From Coprothermobacterota bacterium (GTDB taxonomy: Bacteria > Coprothermobacterota > HKB111): a stretch of 16,131 nt of DNA. The translations under genes and the position numbers were made by a program. Under the pieces are notes generated by a model. The model saw nothing but the letters and a program-made list of their open reading frames with translations. It was not told where the DNA came from and ran no database searches. The first letter of the stretch is position 1; each line of letters begins with the position of its first letter. Below are positions 7,505 through 16,015 of this stretch, one piece after another. Location of the stretch: assembly GCA_037440465.1 (NCBI GenBank), contig JBBIUB010000008.1:49027-65157 (forward strand), read 5' to 3'.

Positions 7505-8154
7505 TTCCTACTACTATCTATTTCTTTAACAGCAAAAAGTTGAAAAGCATATTTTGGAAACAGATAAGTAATTATTTGAGATAATTCAGAAATTACAGTC
7601 CAAAACAAAGTCGGTCTGTATTTTACCGAACCTTTATACCCTCTAAGTTTTTTCCAACCACCCATTCCATAGACTTTAAACCCTAATTTATGTAAATCTT
7701 CAATACTCCAACCAGATTTATGTTCTTGAAACAAATTACCATCATAACCATCTTGAAAGAGATAACCATTCGGAGTTGTAATTATTATTTTCTTTTTTGC
7801 CCATTCTTCCATCTTTATTATTAATTCATACCCTTCGTCCTTGGTTAAGTGTTCAAGAACTTCTAAGCATAAAATAGCATCAAATGATTTTGATATAAAT
7901 TCAATTTTTGTGATATCTGCTTTAATATACTCACTATGTATACCTTTCTTTTTGCTTTCTTGTAAGTAAGGCTCAAATAATTCAACTCCAACTGAAAAAG
8001 GTACTTTACAATATTGAAGAGATGAATTATAACCACATCCTAAATCCAAAACGGACTCACAGTTAGTGAGTTCTCTTTTCAGATTCTTAATCCAATCCAG
8101 GAAGAATTTTTTATATTGATGATAAAAAAATGAATATTTTCGCAATTCTGGCAT
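7501..8154 (-). CDS. Class I SAM-dependent methyltransferase (probably glycan-modifying)
   Basis: Motif I VLDLGCG, acidic VGVE, ADI, SFDAILCLEVLEHL and IIITTPN. Lies in the flippase/rml unit. Confidence 0.88.
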   Translation of the reverse strand: MPELRKYSFFYHQYKKFFLDWIKNLKRELTNCESVLDLGCGYNSSLQYCKVPFSVGVELFEPYLQESKKKGIHSEYIKADITKIEFISKSFDAILCLEVLEHLTKDEGYELIIKMEEWAKKKIIITTPNGYLFQDGYDGNLFQEHKSGWSIEDLHKLGFKVYGMGGWKKLRGYKGSVKYRPTLFWTVISELSQIITYLFPKYAFQLFAVKEIDSSRK

Positions 8155-8168
8155 AATTTATTTCCTTA

Positions 8169-8285
8169 TTATAATTCTAACTCACTGATGTAAATCCAAA
8201 AATATTTGAATTGAATGTTTTTTTTATTTCTTAGAGAGCTTACTAAGTATCCTAAACCTAATGGTGGTAGATGGTGATACCTTAA
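8169..8285 (-). pseudogene. Probable remnant of a B12-binding-domain radical SAM gene (N-terminal fragment)
   Basis: An alternative minus frame overlapping the flippase 3' end reads LRYHHLPPLGLGYLVSSLRNKK (core 8229-8270). PPLGLxYLxxxLR is the typical start of B12-binding radical SAM proteins. There is no start codon, and the similarity decays after an A8 run. Confidence 0.55.
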
Positions 8286-9708
8286 CTATTTGTTTAAAGA
8301 AGGAAATATCTTCCTTATCAAAACCACCAACTATATATAAAACTCCAAAATATAATAAGATAGCTAATAGCAACAACACTAATAAATTAAAACTCCTAAA
8401 ATACCAGATGAATGCACCCATTATTAAATTAGCTACAATAACTCTTAATATATTTCCCACAACTATTTTAACTTTAATCCCATAACTGAGTTTGTAAGCA
8501 ATTATAAAAATGCTAATTAAAAGAAAATAATCTGTCATTACTTTTGTGATACTCGCTCCAACATAACTGAATTTAGGGATTAATAATAAATTTAGTACTA
8601 TGTTTACTAACACGCAAACTCCAGCTACTTTTGTAATAATTATTTGTCTATTAATAGATTCAAAAAGTTTAACAAAAGAAGCGCTTGTAAAAGTAAATAC
8701 TATTGACCAGATGAGTATTTGTAGAGCTATTATTGATTGTGCGTATTCTGAACCATATATCAATAATATTATTCTCTCTGCTAAAAGTGTTGTTCCAATA
8801 CCAATAGGAAAACCAATTATTAACATAAGCTTAAAATATTTTTCAAAGATTAATCTTAAAGATTTTTCTGAAGAAATATGAAATCTTGACATAGAAGGAA
8901 AAATTGCCATATTAATTATTCCAGGGATAAAAAGTAAAATAAGGACTAACTTATAAGCAGCATTGTACCAACCAACAACCTCATTTCCATTTACTAAAGA
9001 AAGCATTACGGAATCTATATAGGTATAAATCATACCGTAAATTCCTGTTAAACCAAAAGGCAAGGCTTCTTTTATCGTAGGTTTCCAGAAACTCCAATTA
9101 TATTCTAACTTTAGTAAAACAAACTTCAACACACAAACAAGAAAACTATATCCCAAAACAAAAACACTTGCCAAAAAATATATTGAAGCAAAACTAACCA
9201 CACTTAAGCCTTGATTTATAGCAAATAAAGCACCTCCGAGTAATAAAGCACTGTTTATAATCTGCCCGATAGATTGATACTCCATCTTCTCATAGGCTTG
9301 AAAAATTGAATAGAACATTTGAGTGAATGATGTAAAAATAACAGATAAAGCAACCAAATAAACTATCCATATAGTTTGAATTGGATAACCAAGTAAATTT
9401 ATCATTAAAGCGATTAATCCAAAAGTGATAACAACCAAAATTAGTTTCATTACAACGATATTTCCAAGATATTTACCAGCTAAGGATTTATCTCTGGCAA
9501 TTTCTCTGACGGTTAAGGTACTTAACCCTAAATCAGCAACAACGCCAAAAATCCCGGTAAAAGCAAGGGCAAAGGATAAAATGCCAAACCCTTCTGCGCC
9601 AAGATAGCGAGATGTATACATTATAAAGAAGAATCCAAGAGCATAACTTATAATCTGGGAAACGAGCAAAACGCCTGTGTTCTTGGCAATTCTCTGGACG
9701 GTGTTCAT
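8224..9708 (-). CDS. Oligosaccharide flippase (Wzx/PST subfamily of MOP exporters; AglR-like)
   Basis: 494 aa with ~14 hydrophobic segments. Motifs RIAKNT, RYLGAEGFG, DLGL-x-TLTVREIAR, FQAYEKM, IDSVMLS, VGWYNAAYK, FPSMSR and LNLLLIPKFSYVGAS. Confidence 0.92.
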   Translation of the reverse strand: MNTVQRIAKNTGVLLVSQIISYALGFFFIMYTSRYLGAEGFGILSFALAFTGIFGVVADLGLSTLTVREIARDKSLAGKYLGNIVVMKLILVVITFGLIALMINLLGYPIQTIWIVYLVALSVIFTSFTQMFYSIFQAYEKMEYQSIGQIINSALLLGGALFAINQGLSVVSFASIYFLASVFVLGYSFLVCVLKFVLLKLEYNWSFWKPTIKEALPFGLTGIYGMIYTYIDSVMLSLVNGNEVVGWYNAAYKLVLILLFIPGIINMAIFPSMSRFHISSEKSLRLIFEKYFKLMLIIGFPIGIGTTLLAERIILLIYGSEYAQSIIALQILIWSIVFTFTSASFVKLFESINRQIIITKVAGVCVLVNIVLNLLLIPKFSYVGASITKVMTDYFLLISIFIIAYKLSYGIKVKIVVGNILRVIVANLIMGAFIWYFRSFNLLVLLLLAILLYFGVLYIVGGFDKEDISFFKQIVKVSPSTTIRFRILSKLSKK

Positions 9709-9715
9709 TCCTTAA

Positions 9716-10579
9716 TCACTCTTTAAGCCAGCCTTTCTCGATTAAATAATCCTTCAAAGCTTCCTGCCATAACCTCATACTTAGCCCAAGCTTAACAAGT
9801 TTATTATTCTCCAGAGCTGAAAAGACAGGTCTTTTCGCTAAACGATTTAATTTATTTGAATGTATAGGTGTTATATTGATCTCCCAACCCAAAATTGAAA
9901 ATATTTCTTTCGTAAATTCATACCAACTACAATAACCCTCATTTACCATATGATAAACTCCAAACTCTGGATTAATTTTTAAAAGTTTGTAAATCATTCT
10001 TGAAACATCTTTTGTATATGTGGGGTTCATAAATATTTCATCAACAACTTTAATTTCTTCCTTAGTTTTTGCCTTTTGGATAATAAAATCTACATAATTT
10101 CCACCTTTTCCTTTCGCCCCCGCTCTCCCATACAAACTAGCCACCCGAATTATATAGTGTTTCTCAGAATAATTCTTTGTAAATAATTCCCCTGCATACT
10201 TACTTAAACCATAAACATTGATGGGATTGGGGGTATCATCTTCAAGGTATGGAGTTTCTTTTTTTCCATCAAAAACATAATCTGTGCTTATATAAATATT
10301 TACAGCACTTAGCTCCTTACACACCTTAGCAACATTTAAAGCTCCAATAGCATTGACCTGAAAAGCCTTTTCAACCTCAACTTCTGCATCGTCAACTCTA
10401 ACAAAAGCAGATGTGTTAATTACCACATCTGGTTGGTGTTCATTAAAAGCATTCTTAACAGTGTCAAGATTAGCAATTTCCAGGTCAGCATGGGTTAAAG
10501 GAATAATCTCAACGCCTTGCAAAGCTTGGCAGAGGTCAGTTCCAAGTTGTCCTTTCGAACCTATAATTAAAACTTTCAT
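9716..10579 (-). CDS. rmlD: dTDP-4-dehydrorhamnose reductase
   Basis: GSKGQLG, STDYVFDG, YGLSK (YxxxK), PTYTKD, SWYEF and AKRPVFSAL. The ATG overlaps the rmlB stop (ATGA). Confidence 0.96.
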   Translation of the reverse strand: MKVLIIGSKGQLGTDLCQALQGVEIIPLTHADLEIANLDTVKNAFNEHQPDVVINTSAFVRVDDAEVEVEKAFQVNAIGALNVAKVCKELSAVNIYISTDYVFDGKKETPYLEDDTPNPINVYGLSKYAGELFTKNYSEKHYIIRVASLYGRAGAKGKGGNYVDFIIQKAKTKEEIKVVDEIFMNPTYTKDVSRMIYKLLKINPEFGVYHMVNEGYCSWYEFTKEIFSILGWEINITPIHSNKLNRLAKRPVFSALENNKLVKLGLSMRLWQEALKDYLIEKGWLKE

Positions 10580-11583
10580 TTTTGAGAATACCAGGCTTGA
10601 TAGTAGTTAGTATATTCCCCACTTTTAATATTTAGCCACCAGTTCTTATTTTCTTCATACCAATCAGTAGTTTCCATTATACCTTTTAGGAAATCAATTC
10701 CTGGTTTCCAACCCATCTCTTTCTCAATCTTTGAGGTATCAACAGCATAACGACGATCATGACCTGGTCGGTCAGTAATGAATTTTATTAAACTTAAAGG
10801 CTTCTCCATAATTTTGAGAATAAGCTCAACTAATTCCAGATTGGTTCTCTCATTATCCCCACCGATATTGTATATTTCTCCTGATTCACCATTTTGCAGG
10901 ACTTCATCAATAGCGATACAATGGTCTTCTACATAAATCCAGTCTCTGATATATTGTCCGTCTCCATAAATTGGTATCTCTTTATCTTCAAGAGCATTGG
11001 TTATAACCAAAGGTATAAGTTTTTCTGGGAATTGATAAGGTCCGTAATTATTAGTAGAGCGGGTGATTATAATAGGTAAATTATAGGTTTTCTGGTAAGC
11101 CCGACAGAGTAAATCGGCTGAAGCTTTGCTGGAAGAATAAGGGTTGTTAGGTAAAAGTGGGTAATCTTCTTTAGCCTTACTTTCTTGGATAGAGCCATAT
11201 ACTTCATCAGTGGAAATCTGAATGTACCTTTCCACGCTATATTGTCTTATTCCTTCCAGTAGTATCTGAGTGCCTTTTATATTAGTATCAATAAATGGAG
11301 AAAGGTCAAGGATACTCCTATCTACATGAGATTCCGCTGCAAAATTTACCAAGTAATCAAATCCTTCCTGCATAACATTATTTACCTGATCTTTATTAGC
11401 AATATCACCCTTAATGAATTTGTAATTAGGATTACCCTCAACTTCCTTGAGGTTTTCCAGATTTCCAGCATAGGTGAGTTTATCAAAATTTGTTACTTCC
11501 CAATCAGGATATTTTTTCAATATAAATTTAATAAAATTACTTCCTATAAATCCTGCTCCACCGGTAACCAGTAATTTTTTCAT
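10576..11583 (-). CDS. rmlB: dTDP-glucose 4,6-dehydratase
   Basis: TGGAGFIG, DKLTYAGN, AAESHVDRSI, STDEVYG, YSSSK, NNYGPYQFPEKLIP and DRPGHDRRY. Start moved from 11619 to the ATG at 11583 (MKKLLV), which is preceded by GGAGAGGT. Confidence 0.97.
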   Translation of the reverse strand: MKKLLVTGGAGFIGSNFIKFILKKYPDWEVTNFDKLTYAGNLENLKEVEGNPNYKFIKGDIANKDQVNNVMQEGFDYLVNFAAESHVDRSILDLSPFIDTNIKGTQILLEGIRQYSVERYIQISTDEVYGSIQESKAKEDYPLLPNNPYSSSKASADLLCRAYQKTYNLPIIITRSTNNYGPYQFPEKLIPLVITNALEDKEIPIYGDGQYIRDWIYVEDHCIAIDEVLQNGESGEIYNIGGDNERTNLELVELILKIMEKPLSLIKFITDRPGHDRRYAVDTSKIEKEMGWKPGIDFLKGIMETTDWYEENKNWWLNIKSGEYTNYYQAWYSQK

Positions 11584-11584
11584 C

Positions 11585-12157
11585 TTAATAACCTCTCCTG
11601 CTGTTAAAATAAAAACCAAAATCTACTTTTTTGAATTCAGGCCAATTTTTATCCTTTTCAGATAAAATAGGATTTGTTATTGGCCAATCAATCTTTAAAT
11701 CAATATCATTATAAATAATCCCAGCCTCCAAAGCGGGAGTATAAAATTCAGTTGTTTTATAGATTACACCAGCTGATTCTGATAAAACACAAAAACCATG
11801 AGCAAACCCTTGGGGAATATACAGGATACTCCTATTATTTTCCGATAGATTTACTCCTACCCATTTGCCAAAATCAGGAGAACCTTTTCTTATATCCACA
11901 GCCACATCATAAATCTCCCCTTTGATAACACTTATCAATTTTCCTTGAGCCTTAGGGGGATTTTGATAATGTAGGCCCCTTAAAACATCTCTATAGGAGA
12001 AAGAATGGTTTTCCTGAACGAAGAAATCAAAGATACCTATGGAAGCAAAATTATTCAACTTATATGTCTCAAGGAAAAATCCTCTTTCATCTTCAAAAAT
12101 AGTAGGTTCTATTAAAATCAAATCTGGTATCTGGAGTCGGGTAAAGGTAAATGGCAT
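11585..12157 (-). CDS. rmlC: dTDP-4-dehydrorhamnose 3,5-epimerase
   Basis: DERGFF, QENHS, LRGLHYQ, QGKL, DVAVDIR, GFAHGF and LSEKD. Confidence 0.97.
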   Translation of the reverse strand: MPFTFTRLQIPDLILIEPTIFEDERGFFLETYKLNNFASIGIFDFFVQENHSFSYRDVLRGLHYQNPPKAQGKLISVIKGEIYDVAVDIRKGSPDFGKWVGVNLSENNRSILYIPQGFAHGFCVLSESAGVIYKTTEFYTPALEAGIIYNDIDLKIDWPITNPILSEKDKNWPEFKKVDFGFYFNSRRGY

Positions 12158-12168
12158 AATTATTCTCT

Positions 12169-13236
12169 TTAGATTTCCACCTTAGCGTCATCACCGATAA
12201 AAACTCTTAACGCCTTAAAATTATTTTCTTCTTTACTAACCAGACCGTTTTTTCCCATAATACTATCGGCTAATCTATCTATGTTTTTAATCACGCACTT
12301 TTCCAGTATTACTGAGTGTTCAACAGAGGAATTTATGATGGTTGTGCCTTCTCCGATACTTGTATAAGGACCAATATAAGAGTTAACAATGTGGCAATTT
12401 GGAGCCAGTGATATGGGACCTCTGATAATGCTTTTTTCCACTTTTACTCCAGTTTCCATCTCCACTCTTCCAATAACCTGGCTATTATTATCAACTTCAC
12501 CTTTAATATCCCGACTGATTAAATCGTCTAAAACCACTCTATTGGCTTCCAGCAAATCATCTTTTTTCCCCGTATCCAACCACCAACCTTTAAGAATATG
12601 ACTTCTAACTTCCTTATTACGGTTAAGTAAGACTTGAATGGCATCGGTAATTTCCAGCTCTCCTCTCCAGGAAGGCTTTATTTCGCTGATAGCTTTATGG
12701 ATACAGGGCTTAAATAAGTAAGCACCTACTATTGCTAAATTGCTTTTTGGTTCTTGGGGTTTTTCTTCCAGCCTGATAACCTTTCCTTGATTATCCAGTT
12801 CAGCCACACCAAATAAGCGTGGGTTGGGAACTTCTTTGAAAAGTATGAGAGAATCACAATTTGAACCAATGAATTCTTGAACAAATCCCTTTATTCCCCC
12901 CTGGATTAGATTATCTCCTAAAAACATTAAAAAAGGAGATTCTCCCAGAAAATCCTGAGCAGTCTTTACAGCGTGAGCCAGACCTAAGGGTTCTGCTTGA
13001 AGAAGATAGGTTATGTTAAAATTCCAGCGTGAGCCATCTCCAACAGATTCTTTTACTCTTTCCCTGGTTTCAGGTGAGATTATTATTCCTACATCGCTAA
13101 TTCCTGCTTCCTTAACTTGGTCCAGCACATAATAAAGTATCGGTTTATTAGCTACAGGTATAAGTTGTTTGGCGATGGTGTAAGTAAGTGGTTTTAATCT
13201 GGTTCCCTTCCCACCTGATAATATTAAAGCCTTCAT
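12169..13236 (-). CDS. rmlA: Glucose-1-phosphate thymidylyltransferase, long form with C-terminal hexapeptide-repeat domain
   Basis: GGKGTRL, KQLIPVANKP, PLGLAHA, LGDN, EEKP, SWRGELEITDA and WWLDTGK; 355 aa. GGAGG upstream of the ATG. Confidence 0.95.
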   Translation of the reverse strand: MKALILSGGKGTRLKPLTYTIAKQLIPVANKPILYYVLDQVKEAGISDVGIIISPETRERVKESVGDGSRWNFNITYLLQAEPLGLAHAVKTAQDFLGESPFLMFLGDNLIQGGIKGFVQEFIGSNCDSLILFKEVPNPRLFGVAELDNQGKVIRLEEKPQEPKSNLAIVGAYLFKPCIHKAISEIKPSWRGELEITDAIQVLLNRNKEVRSHILKGWWLDTGKKDDLLEANRVVLDDLISRDIKGEVDNNSQVIGRVEMETGVKVEKSIIRGPISLAPNCHIVNSYIGPYTSIGEGTTIINSSVEHSVILEKCVIKNIDRLADSIMGKNGLVSKEENNFKALRVFIGDDAKVEI

Positions 13237-13264
13237 TTGTCCTCCATTTTAATAATCTTCCCTT

Positions 13265-15955
13265 CTATTTATCAAGGTATTCAAATATTACTAACCCTTT
13301 CAAGTTTTTCCCATCATCTAAATAATTAAAAACTTTTCCCGAAGTGTCATAAACCAATTTTATATTATCAAGCTTTTCTAAAGGCACAGGGCTTATATTT
13401 GGAGATTTTCCGACCAATTGATATTTTGTAGATTCTTTATCTTTCAAAAATTCCCTTGCTTCTTCATAATTCGAAAATAGCCATTCTTCCTTAACTATTT
13501 TATATTTAACTCCTCTATCTTCTCTAATATCAAATCTGATAACCCAGGTGGAGTTTTGGGGAACTACTTCTTCACCTTTAAAGAAATATAATCTTGATAG
13601 CATAGTTTTATAGTATTCTGGATAGTAGTATTGTTCCTGTCTTAAACTTATACCATCAAGGGTCATCTTTTCCACAAAATAGTTCTCAAAATACCGGTTA
13701 AGATTACCCATCCCAAGGGTGGCAATAGCCCAATATTTCTGAGTAGCCATAGATAAGCTTGTGATGATATAGCGGGTGTGGAGATTTTTTAAAAGTGCTT
13801 TAGCAGTGTTTAAGTCTGTGGTTATTAAAAATGGAGCAACACCAGGGTTAAGAGAAAGAAATTTCAAATTAGATCCTATTTCAGGTTCTTTCCCAAAGAA
13901 TATTTTCCCGGAACCGTCCCATTTTAAGTTAACTTTTTCATCGTAAATTAAAGTATCAAGACTATCAAACTTTAGGTTATTGTTGGAATCAAAATAAAGG
14001 TATTGAGAACTAAAAGAGGTCAAAATTACTTTTTGGTCTGGGGAAACCTTATTAAAAATTAAAACATCGCGTTTAGAAATGAGGTTATTGTTATCATTAT
14101 CCAAAACTATTGGCTCATTTTCGGTGTATTTTCCATCTTCATTTAAGTCTTGATATTTTATGGGGATATAACCTCCAGTCCCATGACCACCGGGATTAGC
14201 CACAGGTGTTCTTTTACCATAATAAGCAATCTGATAACCAAAATCCCACCAACTCATTATAGTGTAATGGTCTGAAGGATAGGAATATTCACCATTTTTG
14301 GGTAATTTGTAGGTTTCATAATAATCCAGAGATGGTTGAGGAGAGTTGTCTTTTAGCCAGACAAGAGCTCTATACCACTCGGGGTGAATACCCATGCCCG
14401 CACTGGCTGTTTCTATAGTTATTAAGCTGTTGGGATATATTAAAATCATTAACATGATTACCCAGATGATGAATTTTGAGACCTTCTTATATTGAACAAG
14501 AGAGCCATCAGGGTTTTTTTCAGTATAAAGTGAAACCAGATAATTAACCAGATTAATCAATTTATACCCCAGATAACCGGATAGTATTGCCACATTAAAA
14601 GCAAAGAAGTAGGCAAATCTGTTTTGAAAAGTTACTGCTACATACATATATGAGCTCCATATAAGGAAAAACAAATAATCGGCTTTATTTTTTATAGTTA
14701 ATAGAGTTAAGGGGAAAAATGCTACCAGAGCAAAAAATAGGGTGGTGGTAAAGTATCCCCACGCCATATTTAAAGAAAATCTTCCTTGATTCAAAAACAA
14801 TGGCCTTGCTTCAGCAATAGTGGTAGCCTGTCCTGTAGGTAAGAAAATATGAAAAAATCCGTGAAAAGTAGTTTTAAGAAAATCAAAATTATTATTAAGG
14901 TAATTAATTAAGAGAATTCCTGATAAAAATAAAATCGTTATTAATAAAGGGTATGTTCGGGGTGGCTGTTTAAGAAAGTGTAATAAGTTAGAGATAGCCA
15001 GGAGAAAGATTATGCCCAAAATAAATACAATTATAGGGAGAGTTAAAGAAGTAAGAATATAGCTGGCTAACCCATCTATTCTGCTTAAAGCCAGAGATGT
15101 AAAAAGTGGGAGTAAAAGTAAAATTGTTGTTGAAAGAGCTAAGCCTTTGTTGGATACTTTGTGGAAATGATTTACAGATGATTGAATAAGGAAAAAAAAT
15201 AATATTATCGGGAATAAAAAAGTAGCACCCACCCACGAAAGGATGAATAAGCTTAAAGAAATACCGCCTAAAAATGAGTAGAGAATTAATGGCTTAAGGT
15301 TTAATTTAGGAGTACCATTTTCATCGTTAATAATTTTAGTTGGTTGATTATATTTAAGAGACAATAAATAAAAGTAAAAAGTAAGGCAACTAAATAGTAT
15401 TTCTAAAACATGATGGTCAGCAAAACCCAGCAAGGTTCTGCTTAAAAACTGTCCCGGCATAAACACGAGTATTAAAGCTGATAATAGAGCTATGGCTTTT
15501 TGTTTGAATACCTGTAAGGCTATCAGATAGCAGAGTAAAATAATGATAACTCCACCAATAGCTGGTATTAGGGCACTACCGAGTTCAATAGAATGACGGG
15601 TGGGTTCCCCACTACCATAAATGAAAAACTGAATTCCTAAAGCCATTAAGGAGGCTAACCAGGTGAAAAGAGGAGCAATATAACTGGCGTCTTTGATTTG
15701 ATAAAAAGTAAAGGGGTCATAAAATATTCTGTCGGGGAAGTTTTTAAGGGTATTTTCCACCAGTCGTAAATGATAGGGGGCGTCATCAGCAGCAATTTTT
15801 ACGATATCTTCTTTAACAGTTGCCCACCAGGGAAGGTAGATTCTGACTATAATGGCTAAAGAGATTATTAAGATGATAGGAAGAAGGTTTAATATAAGTT
15901 TTTTTAGGTTTTCGTTCTCTTTTATATCAAAAGTTATGTTTGGTAGTTTTAGCAA
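13265..15955 (-). CDS. aglB: Oligosaccharyltransferase, STT3/AglB/PglB family (GT66), archaeal AglB-like
   Basis: Large N-terminal multi-TM region with DDAPYHLR (DAPYH 15770-15784), FADHHVLE (DHH 15410-15418), TTIAEARP (TIxE 14810-14821) and QNRFAYF. Soluble domain with MSWWDFG (WWDFG 14237-14251), RTPVANP and MATQKYWAI. Start moved to the TTG at 15955 because AGGAGG lies 6 nt upstream (896 aa). Confidence 0.93.
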   Translation of the reverse strand: MLKLPNITFDIKENENLKKLILNLLPIILIISLAIIVRIYLPWWATVKEDIVKIAADDAPYHLRLVENTLKNFPDRIFYDPFTFYQIKDASYIAPLFTWLASLMALGIQFFIYGSGEPTRHSIELGSALIPAIGGVIIILLCYLIALQVFKQKAIALLSALILVFMPGQFLSRTLLGFADHHVLEILFSCLTFYFYLLSLKYNQPTKIINDENGTPKLNLKPLILYSFLGGISLSLFILSWVGATFLFPIILFFFLIQSSVNHFHKVSNKGLALSTTILLLLPLFTSLALSRIDGLASYILTSLTLPIIVFILGIIFLLAISNLLHFLKQPPRTYPLLITILFLSGILLINYLNNNFDFLKTTFHGFFHIFLPTGQATTIAEARPLFLNQGRFSLNMAWGYFTTTLFFALVAFFPLTLLTIKNKADYLFFLIWSSYMYVAVTFQNRFAYFFAFNVAILSGYLGYKLINLVNYLVSLYTEKNPDGSLVQYKKVSKFIIWVIMLMILIYPNSLITIETASAGMGIHPEWYRALVWLKDNSPQPSLDYYETYKLPKNGEYSYPSDHYTIMSWWDFGYQIAYYGKRTPVANPGGHGTGGYIPIKYQDLNEDGKYTENEPIVLDNDNNNLISKRDVLIFNKVSPDQKVILTSFSSQYLYFDSNNNLKFDSLDTLIYDEKVNLKWDGSGKIFFGKEPEIGSNLKFLSLNPGVAPFLITTDLNTAKALLKNLHTRYIITSLSMATQKYWAIATLGMGNLNRYFENYFVEKMTLDGISLRQEQYYYPEYYKTMLSRLYFFKGEEVVPQNSTWVIRFDIREDRGVKYKIVKEEWLFSNYEEAREFLKDKESTKYQLVGKSPNISPVPLEKLDNIKLVYDTSGKVFNYLDDGKNLKGLVIFEYLDK

Positions 15956-15973
15956 ACAAATCCTCCTTAAATA

Positions 15974-16003
15974 ATAATATCCTTTAGGAGTAGATTTAGT
16001 CAA
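15974..16003 (-). promoter_or_regulatory. Sigma70-type promoter of the aglB-rml-flippase-methyltransferase unit
   Basis: TTGACT (16003-15998), an 18-nt spacer, TATTAT (15979-15974), then SD AGGAGG (15967-15962) and TTG at 15955. Both hexamers match consensus at 5/6. Confidence 0.7.
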
Positions 16004-16015
16004 TAAGGCGGAAGA

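Noticed and set aside
8224..13236. Standard Wzy-dependent O-antigen or capsule locus
   Set aside because: No wzy, wzz, waaL, wza/wzc or initiating phosphoglycosyltransferase in the window, and the unit is headed by an OST. Shared use of dTDP-rhamnose by other pathways cannot be excluded.
7035..15236. Short overlapping ORFs inside the glycosylation genes (7035-7358, 8261-8485, 8600-8881, 9425-9607, 10413-10610, 10894-11079, 11326-11574, 11474-11665, 12389-12601, 14988-15236)
   Set aside because: Antisense or alternative frames of well-supported genes, with no motifs.
15956..16003. N-terminal 16 codons of the 912-aa OST ORF (TTG at 16003)
   Set aside because: That TTG is the start of the TTGACT -35 box, and the stretch contains the -10 and AGGAGG. 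The TTG at 15955 is the better start.
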